This document shows positions 1 through 11,060 of a stretch of 64,000 nt of DNA, piece by piece; positions within the stretch are counted from its first letter, which is position 1, and every line of letters begins with the position of its first letter. This DNA comes from Acidobacteriota bacterium (lineage in GTDB: Bacteria > Acidobacteriota > UBA890 > WLXD01), in the NCBI GenBank assembly GCA_965205505.1, contig CBDBHB010000008.1:480001-544000 (forward strand), in the 5' to 3' direction. Below the pieces are notes generated by a model. It was given only the letters and a program-made list of their open reading frames with translations. It had not been told where the DNA came from and ran no database searches. Made by a program: the position numbers and the translations under genes.

Positions 1-494
1 GATCGTCGATGAGTACACACGAGAAAGCCTGGCGATCGACGTGGCACGGAAGCTCAACTGTGAGGACGTGCTCGAGCGGCTCGGGTGGTTGTTCGTGCAC
101 CGGGGCATACCTGAGCACATCCGGTCCGATAACGGACCGGAGTTCACCGCCGAGGCGGTTCGCGACTGGCTCGGTAGGCTCGGTGTGGGCACGCTGTTCA
201 TCGAGCCGGGCTCGCCGTGGGAGAACGGCTACGTGGAGAGCTTCAACGGCAAGCTCCGAGACGAGCTGCTCAACGGCGAGATCTTCTACACGCTCAAGGA
301 GGCAAAGGTTCTGATCGAGAGATGGAGGCAGCAGTACAACCGCATGCGACCGCACAGCTCGTTGGGCTACCGACCACCGGCCCCGGAGGCGCTGTTGTTG
401 AAGCCGGCTACGCTCCGCTTCGCCGGCCTCAACAACCCCTTGTCAGCACCGAGTTACTGAGATAAGACGTGGTACTAACCGTGGGGTCAGGTCA
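1..494 (+). mobile_element. IS3-family insertion sequence, 3' part (integrase core of OrfB plus right end), cut by the window edge
   Basis: ORF 41..460 has the rve/DDE motifs IRSDNGPEF and [20 protein letters not shown] and [11 protein letters not shown]; the element ends ...GGGGTCAGGTCA at 494 (IS3-type CA end). Confidence 0.9.
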
Positions 495-851
495 GCGGTG
501 GCCCTGATCCTCGCGGTCACCGGCCTGTACGGTGTGATCTCGTATTGGGTCACTCAGCAGACGCGGCAAATCGGCGTACGGATGGCCCTCGGCGCCCGCG
601 GCGCGGACGTGATGCGCATGATTTTGGCGCGCACCGGGTTGATGATCGCCGCTGGCATCGCCCTGGGAGTGCTCGGCGCGCTCGGGCTGACGAGACTCAT
701 GTCGAGCCTGCTGTACGGCGTCGGCAGCAGCGATCCGGTGACCTTCGCTGCGGTGGCCTCGCTGTTGCTCGTGGTGGCGTTCATCGCCAGCGCTATCCCG
801 GCCCGCCGTGCCACTCGCATCGACCCCATCGAGGCATTGCGCGACGACTGA
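495..851 (+). pseudogene. C-terminal fragment of a FtsX/MacB-like ABC permease, truncated by the IS3
   Basis: GLYGVISY..QQTRQIGVRMALGA...IPARRATRIDPIEALR; begins directly at the IS end. Confidence 0.8.
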
Positions 852-927
852 GGTTCGGGCGACCTGGCGCATCGGGGGCAGACGGTTCAGCCGCGCGCCT
901 GGAGCAGCTCGCGGATCTCTGTGAGCA

Positions 928-3366
928 GTGTTTCTTAGGCAGGCTGGGGGTTCAGGTTCGGAAAACCTCTGTCAATTAGCTTCCTACATGGGGTGCCGGC
1001 TACCACATCGGGTACCAGCCACGCGGGCGCCGGCGGCGCCCATTCCGAACCGGCCAGGAGCCACCATGCACGCATGCCTGCGCGGCTCGATTCTGCTGAT
1101 CGCGACCTGTCTGGCGGCGTCGGGATGCACCAATGCCAAGTGTCCGATCGTGAAGACACGCCGTCACTGGGGCCGACGATGGACGCTCCTATTGCTACTG
1201 GGGCTCGTACCCGGATGCAACCACTACGGTACGCCGCTTCGCTACACCCTGGATCCACAGGTGCGCGTGGCGGCAACCGGGCATTTCCGCGCCGGAGTAG
1301 CAAAGACGGACATCACGCCACCGCCGGGCTATTCGACGCTGGGCTACGGACCTTCCGGACGGCATTCGCGCGGATTCTGGACACGGCTCTGGGCGCGCGC
1401 CACGTACCTCGACGATGGCAACGGCAACGCCGTCGCACTTGTGGCGTGCGATCTGGACTTCGTCGGCGGCGGCCTGATCGACCGCGCGGTCGAGCTGCTG
1501 CAGGACTTCGCGCAGCGGACGGGCAACGATCCGCCACCGCTCGGGCGACATCAGATCGTCGTGGCGGGGACCCATACGCATCATGGCCCGGGTAACCTGG
1601 CGACCGCGGTGACCTACAACTTCGGGGGTGGCCGCGGATCCGGGTTCGATCGCGATTTGTTCAATTACGTGGCGCACCAGATTGCGCGCGCCATCCGCGA
1701 GGCGCAGAAGGCGGCAGAGCCTGCGAGCCTGCGCTACTGGTCGCGCATGGTGCCGGGAATCGCGCGCAACCGAATGTACGTTGCCTTCATGCTCAACCCC
1801 GAGGCGAACGAGATAAAGCGCGCTGCGCGCCGTGCTGGGCTGTTTCCGATGACCACCGTGGGCGGGACGTACGACCCTCAGGCCTACCTGGCGGTACGAC
1901 CGCGCATCTCGGTGCTCGATATTCGCTCTGAGGTCGAGGGGCGGCGCGGTCGTGTGATCGGCCGCACGGTCGTATTCCCCACACATCCCACCGTGCTCGA
2001 CTATCCCACCGAGGTGTACTCATCCGACTTCTTTGGCGTCGCCGCCTACATGGCCGAGACCGCCATCAAACGGAGTAACCAGGGCCACCGGCCCATGGTA
2101 TCGATCTTCAACGGCGCCGAGGGCGACGTGCACGCGGCGTTCGAGGTTCGCGATCGCCGCGAGGTGCTCATGTTCGCCCGCCGCCTGGCCCGCGAGATCA
2201 TAGAACCGATCGATCCGGTGGAACAAATTGACACACAGATCCGATGGCGGGCAGAGCTAGTACCTATCGCCAACGCCTGCCTCGACACGCGTTCCTCGGG
2301 GCGCGATGAGGGCGACGCTTTCGAGCGTTGTACGGCGGACCGTCCCCTTAACGGCGTCGCAGCAGTCGGTGGAGGTATCGACGGTCGCACCTTCCTGCAC
2401 GACGCGGGATGGAAGGATGGTGTGGTTGGCGACCGCAGGAACCGCGAAATCTTTCACGACCAGGGCATCAAGCAACCCGCCCTCGACCTCTATATGGAGT
2501 TACCGCTCTCGCTCACTGGGCTCATCCAGAAACCGCGTGACGTAGCGGAGCGGGCGATCGTCGGCATCTACCAGATCGGGCCCATCGCCTTGGCCACGCT
2601 TCCGGGTGAGTTCACTACCACCATGGGGTGGCGCATTGAGCGCAACCTCGAGGAGCGCCTGGAGCCCGAGGGCATCGAGGACGTCGTCATCCTCGGTCTT
2701 GCGCACGAGTACGTCTCCTACGTGACCACGCCGGAGGAATACGAAGCGCAAACCTACGAGGGAGCCTCCACGCTGTACGGACCGGTCACGGGGCCGCTCG
2801 TGATGGAGCATCTGAACAATGTGGCGAAGAAGGGCCTCCAGCCAGCACCGCCCCAGGGAGCCCCGACCCGACCAGCGCTGACTAGCGAGCATCTGCCGGG
2901 CGGCAACGCCAGCTTCACGCTCGCAGACGCGGGCGAGCCCCCGACGAGGCCAGATGCCGGGCTCGGGCATCTTGTCCAGGACCTACGCACCCGAGAGCCG
3001 GCGCGCGACTACCCGACCGCCTGCTGGAGCGAGCAGCTGGTGCGCAACCTGAAGGACATGCGCAAGCAACTCAGCGCTGGCGACCTGGAAGGGCAGCTGG
3101 ATAGCGTCAACCCACTCGTGCGGGTCAGATACCGTTACCACGCTGGCCCTTGGAAGCTCGACGGCGACAATCGCGGCATCCGTGTGGTTACGGTGGCCTC
3201 GGAGCGTTTCGCGGAGAAAGAAGCCGTCTGGTGCGCGATCTGGATGCCGCCGCCGCGCCTCCACTGGCAACGACTCGAGGTCGAGTTCGACGTCACCGGC
3301 ATCGCGCGCGACGCGCCGACGCGAACGCTGACCGGCCGCCGCGACGTGCTGATGACACCCGAGTAG
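928..3366 (+). CDS. Neutral/alkaline ceramidase-family protein, probably secreted or a lipoprotein (true start probably 1066 or later)
   Basis: AGVAKTDITPP, GTHTHHGPG, FNGAEGDV, LPGEFTTTMG, YVTTPEEYEAQTYEGASTLYGP. Confidence 0.8.
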   Translation: MFLRQAGGSGSENLCQLASYMGCRLPHRVPATRAPAAPIPNRPGATMHACLRGSILLIATCLAASGCTNAKCPIVKTRRHWGRRWTLLLLLGLVPGCNHYGTPLRYTLDPQVRVAATGHFRAGVAKTDITPPPGYSTLGYGPSGRHSRGFWTRLWARATYLDDGNGNAVALVACDLDFVGGGLIDRAVELLQDFAQRTGNDPPPLGRHQIVVAGTHTHHGPGNLATAVTYNFGGGRGSGFDRDLFNYVAHQIARAIREAQKAAEPASLRYWSRMVPGIARNRMYVAFMLNPEANEIKRAARRAGLFPMTTVGGTYDPQAYLAVRPRISVLDIRSEVEGRRGRVIGRTVVFPTHPTVLDYPTEVYSSDFFGVAAYMAETAIKRSNQGHRPMVSIFNGAEGDVHAAFEVRDRREVLMFARRLAREIIEPIDPVEQIDTQIRWRAELVPIANACLDTRSSGRDEGDAFERCTADRPLNGVAAVGGGIDGRTFLHDAGWKDGVVGDRRNREIFHDQGIKQPALDLYMELPLSLTGLIQKPRDVAERAIVGIYQIGPIALATLPGEFTTTMGWRIERNLEERLEPEGIEDVVILGLAHEYVSYVTTPEEYEAQTYEGASTLYGPVTGPLVMEHLNNVAKKGLQPAPPQGAPTRPALTSEHLPGGNASFTLADAGEPPTRPDAGLGHLVQDLRTREPARDYPTACWSEQLVRNLKDMRKQLSAGDLEGQLDSVNPLVRVRYRYHAGPWKLDGDNRGIRVVTVASERFAEKEAVWCAIWMPPPRLHWQRLEVEFDVTGIARDAPTRTLTGRRDVLMTPE

Positions 3367-3484
3367 CTGTAGCCAACCGCAGGCGCGAGAACCTCGGAAG
3401 TGCCTCTGCCCTCAGAGACCACAGGCAGGAACTGCTACGATCGCGAAACTTCAAATCCTCGCGCCTCGAAAAGGGTCCGCCTCG

Positions 3485-4507
3485 ATGCCCGAAAGCAACC
3501 GTGAAGTCCACCTTACCGCCCGCCCCGCGGGTCTTCCCAAGCCCTCCGACTTCGCGTTGGTCGACACGCCGATCCCCGAGCCAGGCGACGGCGAGCTCTT
3601 GGTGCGCAACATTTACATGTCGGTCGACCCCTACATGCGTGGCCGGATGCGCGACATCGAGTCGTATATTCCGCCTTTTCAAATCGGCGAAGTGCTGAGC
3701 GGCGGCGCGGTCGGACAGGTGGTGGAGTCGAACCACCCCGACTACCGGACGGGCGACCTCGTGACCGGCGTGGAAGGTTGGCGCCAGTACTACACGACCG
3801 ACGGCACCGGCCAGCGCAAGATCGATCCCGCCGCCGCTCCGCTGTCGACCTATCTAGGGGTGCTCGGCATGCCCGGGATCACCGCCTACGTCGGCCTTCT
3901 CGATATCGGCAAGCCGAAAGAGGGCGAGACTCTGTTCGTCTCAGCGGCCGCCGGAGCCGTCGGCAGCCTGGTGGGGCAGCTCGGCAAGATCAAGGGTTGC
4001 CGGGTGGTCGGCAGCGCTGGCTCCCAAGAAAAGGTCGAGTTATTGACGGGCCAGCTGGGCTTCGACGCCGCCTTCAGCTACAAGGGCGCCGACCTGCACG
4101 AGGAGCTGGCCGAGAGCTGCCCGGACGGCATCGATGTCTACTTCGAAAACGTCGGTGGACCGATGCTCGAGGCGGTACTCGCGCATATGAACCCCTTCGG
4201 ACGCATCCCCGTGTGCGGCATGATCGCCCACTACAACGACGAAGAGGCGACGCCCGGGCCGAGAAATCTATTCTCGGTGATCTCCAAGCGGCTCTTGATG
4301 CAGGGCTTCATCTGCACCGACCGCCTCGACCGGCTCGGCGACTTCACCCGCGAGGTCGGCGGCTGGTTACGCGAGGGCAAAGTCAAGTACCGCGAGACCA
4401 TCGTCGAGGGCATCGATCACGCCGTCGAGGCGTTCATCGGCATGCTGCGGGGGGAGAACATCGGCAAGATGCTGCTGCAGGTGGGAGACGATCCCACCAA
4501 AGCGTGA
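3485..4507 (+). CDS. NADP-dependent oxidoreductase (prostaglandin/curcumin reductase-like, MDR family)
   Basis: SVDPYMRGRM, LGMPGITAYVGL, SAAAGAVGS, DGIDVYFENVGG, GENIGK. Confidence 0.9.
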   Translation: MPESNREVHLTARPAGLPKPSDFALVDTPIPEPGDGELLVRNIYMSVDPYMRGRMRDIESYIPPFQIGEVLSGGAVGQVVESNHPDYRTGDLVTGVEGWRQYYTTDGTGQRKIDPAAAPLSTYLGVLGMPGITAYVGLLDIGKPKEGETLFVSAAAGAVGSLVGQLGKIKGCRVVGSAGSQEKVELLTGQLGFDAAFSYKGADLHEELAESCPDGIDVYFENVGGPMLEAVLAHMNPFGRIPVCGMIAHYNDEEATPGPRNLFSVISKRLLMQGFICTDRLDRLGDFTREVGGWLREGKVKYRETIVEGIDHAVEAFIGMLRGENIGKMLLQVGDDPTKA

Positions 4508-4592
4508 CCACCCCGGATCTGGCGGCTGGCGGAACAGGGTGAATGGTAGGATCGCCCGACGTCAGCTTGGCTGGTAGGGAGGAGGCAGCTCA

Positions 4593-5074
4593 GTGAGAGC
4601 GACGAGGTTCTTCGGCACCATCCTCGCCCTCTCATGCGCCGCGTGCTCGGCAGGAGAGCCTGAGCGAGCGGATCCACCGGCCCCGAACGCGACAGATCGG
4701 ATCGCGGTGACCGGAGCGCTGATCATCGACGGGCTCGGCGGCGAGCCCATCCCGGACGGCGTCGTGCTGATCGAAGGCGAGCGCATCGCGGCGGTCGGTC
4801 CAGCGGATGCGGTGGTTATCCCGGATGACGCGCTGACCATCGACGCCGACGCATGTCCGTGCTCACACCATCCCAGCCACCCACCAGGTGCACGTGCATG
4901 TCGGCCACGGCCGACCTGCTGATCGTTCGCGGAAACCCAGCGCAGAACGTTTCCGACACGCGCAGCATCGTTGCAGTCATGCAACGCGGGAGACTCCTCG
5001 ATCGAGCCGCGCTCGTGTTCGACGCGTCGGCTGACCCCGGGTTCCGTACGGCTGGATCGGTGGCCGCGGAGTAG
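4593..5074 (+). pseudogene. Internally deleted amidohydrolase remnant
   Basis: N-terminal signal plus ALIIDGLGGEPIPDGVVLIEGERIAAVG is joined within ~100 bp to the C-terminal ADLLIVRGNP...VMQRG in another frame; the TIM-barrel core is missing. Confidence 0.7.
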
Positions 5075-5078
5075 GGCG

Positions 5079-5723
5079 ATGACTCCACCGTCGGCTCCCC
5101 CTCCCACAGTGTGGTTAGATCACTTCGTGGTGGCGATCGACGACCTCGAGGCCGGGATCAACGCCTTCGAGTCGATGGCCGGGGTGCGCCCTGCCTACGG
5201 TGGCGAGCACCCTGCCCTTGGCACGCACAACGCGCTCGTGTCGCTCGGTCGGGATCAGTATCTCGAAATTCTCGCGCCGCGACCGGGCGCGAAGCTGGAT
5301 CCCAGGTTCCGCGCCGCCGGCGAGCACACCAGCCTGACCCCGATTCTCTGGGCGCTCGCTACCGACGACATCGAGACTCTTCACAGCGTGGCGACCTCGG
5401 CGGGCTTCGCCGCCGACGAGCCGACGTCCGGATCGCGCCTGACGGAGAACGGCGACACGCTACGCTGGACGATATTCATGGTGCGCACCGAAGGTGTGGC
5501 GAACGCGCCGTTCTTCATCCAATGGGATCCGGACGCCGGGCATCCGGCGGCGAGCTCGCCGGCCGGGTGTCGTCTGCGCTCATTCGCCATTGACTCGCCG
5601 GACCACGAGAGCCTCGAGCGGCTACTTGCTTCGGTGGGGTTCGCGGTGCCGGTAGGATCCAGCCCCGCCCGTACCCTGATCTCGCTCGAGACCCCGAGGG
5701 GCTCCATGAGCCTGGGTGAATAA
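5079..5723 (+). CDS. VOC/glyoxalase-like domain protein
   Basis: LDHFVVAIDDL, GGEHPALGTHNAL..YLEI, PFFIQW. Confidence 0.85.
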   Translation: MTPPSAPPPTVWLDHFVVAIDDLEAGINAFESMAGVRPAYGGEHPALGTHNALVSLGRDQYLEILAPRPGAKLDPRFRAAGEHTSLTPILWALATDDIETLHSVATSAGFAADEPTSGSRLTENGDTLRWTIFMVRTEGVANAPFFIQWDPDAGHPAASSPAGCRLRSFAIDSPDHESLERLLASVGFAVPVGSSPARTLISLETPRGSMSLGE

Positions 5724-5925
5724 GCGCTGTCGATTGAGCGCCCTGCCCGAAACCCTCGGCCACCTCTTCGAGGCTGCGCTCGAGCGCGACCCATCGGCGA
5801 TCGCGCTCATTCAGGACGACCGGCGCCTGAGCTATGGCAAGCTCGACAGCCGGTGCACCCGACGTGCACGACGCCTGCGTCGTGCCGATGCCGCATGCGG
5901 TGAAGGGAAGCGTGCCGGTAGCGTC
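5716..5925 (+). pseudogene. Remnant of an AMP-binding (acyl-CoA ligase) gene
   Basis: N-terminal PETLGHLFEAALERDPSAIALIQDDRRLSYGKLD is fused to a C-terminal-like HPDVHDACVVPMPHAVKGSVPVA. Confidence 0.55.
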
Positions 5926-6931
5926 AAGGAACGAGAACGACCTTGCCGAAGACCTCGCGATCCTCGAGCAGGCGCTCCGCCTCGCGCGCTTCAGACAGCG
6001 GCAACACCTTGTCGATGGCCGGCGTCAGTGTCCCCTCGGAGACGTAGCGCAGCAGCTCTTCGAGATCTTCACGGGTCCAGCCGTCGGACCCGATGATGTG
6101 CTGCTCGAAGGTCCAGATATAGCGGATGTCGGTTTTGGGGTCGAACCCCGCCGTGGCTCCACAGGTGAGCAACCGACCCCCCTTGGTCAGGCATTTCAGC
6201 GATTCGGCCCAGGTAGCTCCGCCGGTGAAGTTGACCACCACGTCGACGCCGCCGCCACCGCGCACCCGGGGCTTGCCACAGATGCGATAGATCTCGTTGC
6301 GGAAATCGCTCGCCCGGTAGTTGATGAGGTGATCGGCGCCGAGCTCACGAAGGCGCTCTAGCTTGTCGTCGGAACTGGCGCAGGCGATCACTTCACAGCC
6401 GGCGCGCTTCGCCAGAAGGACGCACCCGGTTCCGACGCCACCGCTCGCGCCTAGCACCAGAACCTTCTCGCCGGCCTTGATCGCACCGCGCGTCACCATC
6501 ATCCGGTTGGCCGTACCGTAGGCGAGCGGCAGACTGGCGGCGGTCTCGAAGCTGACGTTGTCCGGTATGCGAATCAGCTGGGCTGCATTTACGGCAAGCA
6601 GCTCGGCGCGGCCGCCGGGAGAGGTTTCGCCGATCATTCCTGGCCGATCGCTTTGCCAGTCGACCGGATCAACAACGACGCGATCCCCGACCTTCCAGGC
6701 ATCCACCGCGCCGCCGACTTCGCAAATCTCGCCGGCCACATCGGAACCGGTGATGAGCGGCATGTTGATGGTGATTCCGGGCATGCCACGGCGCGTGAAG
6801 ATGTCGTGGAAATTCACCGCCGTAGCCTTCACAGACAGCAGCACCTCGTGCACACCAGCGGCCGGATCAGGAACCTCCCGATAGACGATCTGGTCGCGAT
6901 CACCGTGACCTTCGAGGATCGCTGCCTTCAT
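5924..6931 (-). CDS. Zinc-binding alcohol dehydrogenase / quinone oxidoreductase family (MDR)
   Basis: GSDVAGEI, VLVLGASGGVG, LGADHLINY, VFGKVVL. Confidence 0.88.
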   Translation of the reverse strand: MKAAILEGHGDRDQIVYREVPDPAAGVHEVLLSVKATAVNFHDIFTRRGMPGITINMPLITGSDVAGEICEVGGAVDAWKVGDRVVVDPVDWQSDRPGMIGETSPGGRAELLAVNAAQLIRIPDNVSFETAASLPLAYGTANRMMVTRGAIKAGEKVLVLGASGGVGTGCVLLAKRAGCEVIACASSDDKLERLRELGADHLINYRASDFRNEIYRICGKPRVRGGGGVDVVVNFTGGATWAESLKCLTKGGRLLTCGATAGFDPKTDIRYIWTFEQHIIGSDGWTREDLEELLRYVSEGTLTPAIDKVLPLSEAREAERLLEDREVFGKVVLVP

Positions 6932-7001
6932 ATCCTGCCGTCGTCGGCTGCAATGTCGGGTGATGCTGCGATCGTCGGGGCGGCTCGGCAGCTCTCGAAG
7001 T

Positions 7002-7391
7002 TCATGTTCCGGAGCCCAGGAACGTGCCTCGACCGATAGCCACCAGGTCGCAATTGGCGGCGCGAACTTCCATGTCGGCGCGGCAGATCCGGCGGCCGAC
7101 CTTCACCACCCGACCGATCGCGACGAGATCGCCCCGCAGGGCCGGCTTCAAGTAATCGATTCGTAGATCGACGGTCGCGCCGCTCCCCTTGCCGGCGGCC
7201 ATCACCACCGCGAACGCGCCAACGATGTCGGCCAAGGCGGAGATTATCCCCCCGTGGTACCAGTCCGAGTCGTCCATCCTCAGGAAGTCCTCTCGGAAGG
7301 GAAGTCTTATCTCGACCAGACCCTCTTCCGCGCGCACCATCTCCGCGCCCAGGAAGCGGGCGTACGGTGACTGGTCGAGGCTGATCTGCAT
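7002..7391 (-). CDS. PaaI-family hot-dog thioesterase
   Basis: HGGIISALAD, ATVDLRIDYLKPA; ATG at 7391. Confidence 0.85.
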   Translation of the reverse strand: MQISLDQSPYARFLGAEMVRAEEGLVEIRLPFREDFLRMDDSDWYHGGIISALADIVGAFAVVMAAGKGSGATVDLRIDYLKPALRGDLVAIGRVVKVGRRICRADMEVRAANCDLVAIGRGTFLGSGT

Positions 7392-7597
7392 GGCTGCATC
7401 GTCGGGAGTGAGCAGACGATCGCTCGGAACGCGGGGAGCGAAGTTACCACGCCGACCGTACGGAGCAGGGCGGGCCTGTATCCGCTGCGGCAGTTGGCCA
7501 AGACCCGGCACGTGGCTGCAGCTCAAGGTCCGCAATATGTTACAAACATGTATGATACAACTATGTAGTATAAAGAATCCCACACACCGGGAGGCAC

Positions 7598-7930
7598 ATG
7601 GTGAGGCCGCTCACCGCACACGGCTTTCAGATTCTGCTGGCGCTATCCGACGAGGATCGGCACGGCAGCGGCATCGTACGGCGGGTGCTGGAGCTCACCG
7701 ACGGCGCCGTGCGCCTATGGCCGGTAACCTTGTATCGAACCCTCGATGAGCTGCGCCACGCCGAACTGGTAGAGGAGCTCAGCGGCAGCGGCCACCCGCA
7801 GGGCGAGAGCCGGCGCCGACGCTTCTATCGCCTCACCGACGCGGGTGCCGACCGGCTGGCGGCGGAGGCGGATCGGCTCGACCAGCTTGCCTCGGTAGCA
7901 CGGCGTAATCTCGGACACCGCGGCGCATGA
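7598..7930 (+). CDS. PadR-family transcriptional regulator
   Basis: FQILLAL...HGSGI...LWPVTLYRTLDEL...RRRFYRLT; ATGA overlap with the downstream permease; AT-rich upstream spacer at 7535-7580. Confidence 0.85.
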   Translation: MVRPLTAHGFQILLALSDEDRHGSGIVRRVLELTDGAVRLWPVTLYRTLDELRHAELVEELSGSGHPQGESRRRRFYRLTDAGADRLAAEADRLDQLASVARRNLGHRGA

Positions 7931-10613
7931 GCAAGCCCTGGCCGTATCGCGCTCTGCTGCGCATGCTACCGCCCAACTTTCGGGCTCGGCATCGTGCCGC
8001 CATCGACGAGGCGCTGGCCGCGGCGTGGAACGAGTCGGGTGCCGCCTCCCCGGCCTGGCGGGTCTGGCTACGCGCCAGCCTCGACCTGCTGACGGGCCTG
8101 CCGCCCGCTTGGATCAGCACCGTGCAACGTGGGTTCCCCACGCGCCGGACGGACCGACACGTCGACGAGGCAACGTCAATGGATGGATGGTTGCAGGACA
8201 TTCGCTACGGCGCCCGTGGGTTGATGCGGGCCCCCGCTCTGACTCTCCTTTGTACCGCGGCGATCGGTCTCGGCATGGGCGCCAACACGGCCGTGTTCAC
8301 GCTGGTCAACGAGATCCTGCTGCGGCCGCTTCCGGTGCGCGAGCCCGCGCAACTGGTCGACGTGCACCTCGACCAGCCCGGTGCCAACAGCTTCCTCGGT
8401 TTCTCGTTTCCGGAGTATGAAGACTACCGCTCCCGCCGGAAATCGCTCGAGGGATTGGTGGCGCACAGTGGCATCGGGTTGCGCCTTGGCGACCAAGTCG
8501 GCGGCGACCGCATCCGTGGTCAGCTGAACTCTGCCGATTACTTCGAGGTGCTCGGCGTCACTCCGGCCCGGGGCCGCGCGTTCACCGCGCGAGAGGCAGA
8601 GACCGAGGGCGGCGGCAACGTGGCGGTGGTCAGCCACGGGTTTTGGCAGCGGCGCTTCGGCGGCTCTGATGACCTGATCGGCAGCGATATCGAGTTCAAC
8701 GGTATCGACTTTACCGTTGTGGGAATCCTGCCGGCCGGGTTCACCGGGCGGTTCATTGGCTTCCCGTCGGAGGTGTGGCTACCGCTGGCGATGATGGATC
8801 GGCTACGACCGGGCACCGAATTGCGCTCGCGCGGCGAGCAGGCGCTGGAGATGTTCGGGCGTCTGCGCGCCGAGGATTCGATCGCCGCCGCCAGCGATGA
8901 GCTCAACGCCATCGCGGCGCAGCTAGAGCGCGAACATCCCGACATGAACCGTAACCGACGCGTTGCGTTGTCGGCCTTCAGCGGCCTCGACCAGAGTCTG
9001 GTGAGCCCGGTGATGGGCTTCCTGGGCATCCTCTTGGTGTTGTCGGCGCTGGTGTTACTGGCGGCGTGTCTCAATGTCGGCAACCTGCTGCTGGCACGCG
9101 GCCACGCACGGCGCGCCGAGATCGCTACGCGAGTGGCGGTGGGAGCCACGCCGGCACGGGTGGTGCGGCAGATCCTCACCGAAACCTTACTGCTGTTCGC
9201 GCTCGGTGCTGGCGCGGCTGTGCTGGCGCGGCTGTGCTGGTAGCGTTGCAGGTAAACGGCCTGTTGGGCGCCTTCATCGAATCGCTTCCCGTAGGGCTCG
9301 GCTTCAGCCTGACGCTCGACGTTCGGGTACTGGCGATCATCGCGGCCGTGGCGCTAGTCACCGCGTTGGCAACGGGGCTCAGCCCGGCTGTGAAAGCGAT
9401 CCGCGGTGGGCAGGCGGCAGTGCTGCGCGCCTCGCGTAGCGGTGACTCGACCCGACTCCGCCAATTGTTCGTGGTGGGGCAGGTCGCGGTGTCGGTTGTG
9501 CTGCTGATCACCGCCGGCCTGTTCCTGCGTGCTTTTGAGCGCGGGCAACAGCTCGATCCCGGGTTCTCCACGAACGGTCTGAGCATGGCCAGCGTGGGGC
9601 TGCCCCCAGAGGGTTATTCGGATGGCGAGGCGCGGGTGTTCTTTCAGGCGCTCGCCGCCGGCCTGGCCGCCGAGCCCGATATCGCTGCGGTGGGACTCAC
9701 CGCCAACGCACCGCTGGGGGTGGCGCGCAGCCCGATGGCAATGACCATCCCCGGGCAGGATCCACCGCAGGGGCAGGACGCCTTCTTCATCGATACACAC
9801 GTGGTGAGCGCCAACTACTTCGCCGCGGTAGGCATCGCCGTACAGGAGGGTAGCGCGCTGCGCGCCGTCGACGACGCTACCGGGGCTCCGGTGGCGGTCG
9901 TAAACGCTCGGATGGCGGAGCGGTTCTGGCCGCGCGGTGCAGTGGGTCAGCGGCTGATGATCGGCGGCGGGGAGATCGAGATCATCGGGGTGGTCGGAGA
10001 CACGCGCTACGTGATCCAGAGTGACACCATTGATCCGCTGGTGTACCTGCCGTTCGCGCAGCGCCCCAGCGGGCGCATGAGCCTGGTGCTCCGCAGCGAA
10101 ACGGCACCGACCACCCTGCAGCGCCTGGTGGCTGAACATCTGGCGCGTGCCGACGCCACGCTGCAGGTCCCCACGGTGGAAAGACTGTCGGAGTTGATCG
10201 AGATCTTCCTGCTACCGCAACGGCTGGCCAGCCGGGTGGCCGGAGCGCTCGGCGCGCTGGGCTTCCTGCTCGCAGTTGCGGGCATCTACGGCATCGTCTC
10301 CTACACCCTCGGTCAACGGCGCCGCGAGCTCGGCATCCGCATGGCGCTCGGCGGGCATCCGGCCGACGTCAGGTCACTGATGCTGAAGTTCGGCCTACGG
10401 ATCGTCGTCGCCGGCAGCGCCGCTGGCCTGGCGGTGTCGGCCCTGCTGGGCCCGTTGCTACGCGACTTCCTGGTCGGTGTGGCGCCCACCGACCCACTGA
10501 CGATGCTCACCGTGGTCGCCTCGCTCGGTGCCTCCGCGTTGCTGGCGGCCTATGTGCCGGCGCGCCGCGCGGCAGCGATCGACCCGGCAACGACGCTCCG
10601 CTACGACGCCTGA
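7927..10613 (+). pseudogene. Duplicated (ADOP-type) ABC permease, frameshifted by a 14-bp tandem duplication
   Basis: ORFs 7927..9243 and 9066..10613 form the two halves; GTGCTGGCGCGGCT is repeated at 9206-9219 and 9220-9233, and removing one copy joins the frames. Confidence 0.85.
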
Positions 10614-10738
10614 TCGCGCGCCGAACGCCTGCGCTGCTCTTCGCTGCGTCGCTTCGCGTATCACCGTAGACAAACCCAGGACATGGTGGTGTAATGCTGC
10701 GCCTTGTCGGACTTCTACCACCCTGCCTTCGCATCGCC

Positions 10739-10975
10739 ATGGTCCAGAACGAGCTCGCCAACCCAGCGCGCACCGCGCTCGCCGGCCAAGGGGCGAGCAA
10801 CGACAAGATCGTCACCGTTGAGGGCCTGGGGCGAGGCGGCAAGCTGACACGGTTGCAACAAGCGTTCGTCGATCACACTGGATCTGCATGCGGGTTCTGC
10901 ACTCCCGGCATGATCATCACGGCCACGGCGCTGCTGGAGAGTAATCGACGTCCGGCCCGCCGGGACATCTACCGC
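10739..10975 (+). pseudogene. (2Fe-2S)-binding CoxS/CutS-like subunit remnant
   Basis: IVTVEGL...LQQAFVDH.GSACGFCTPGMIITATALL; both ends are missing. Confidence 0.7.
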
Positions 10976-11060
10976 ATCGAAGCGGCATGTGCGCTAGTTT
11001 GTTCCGGATGTCCGCAGGCTCCACACGGCCGATTCGCCGCGTCTCGCTCATACGAAACAG

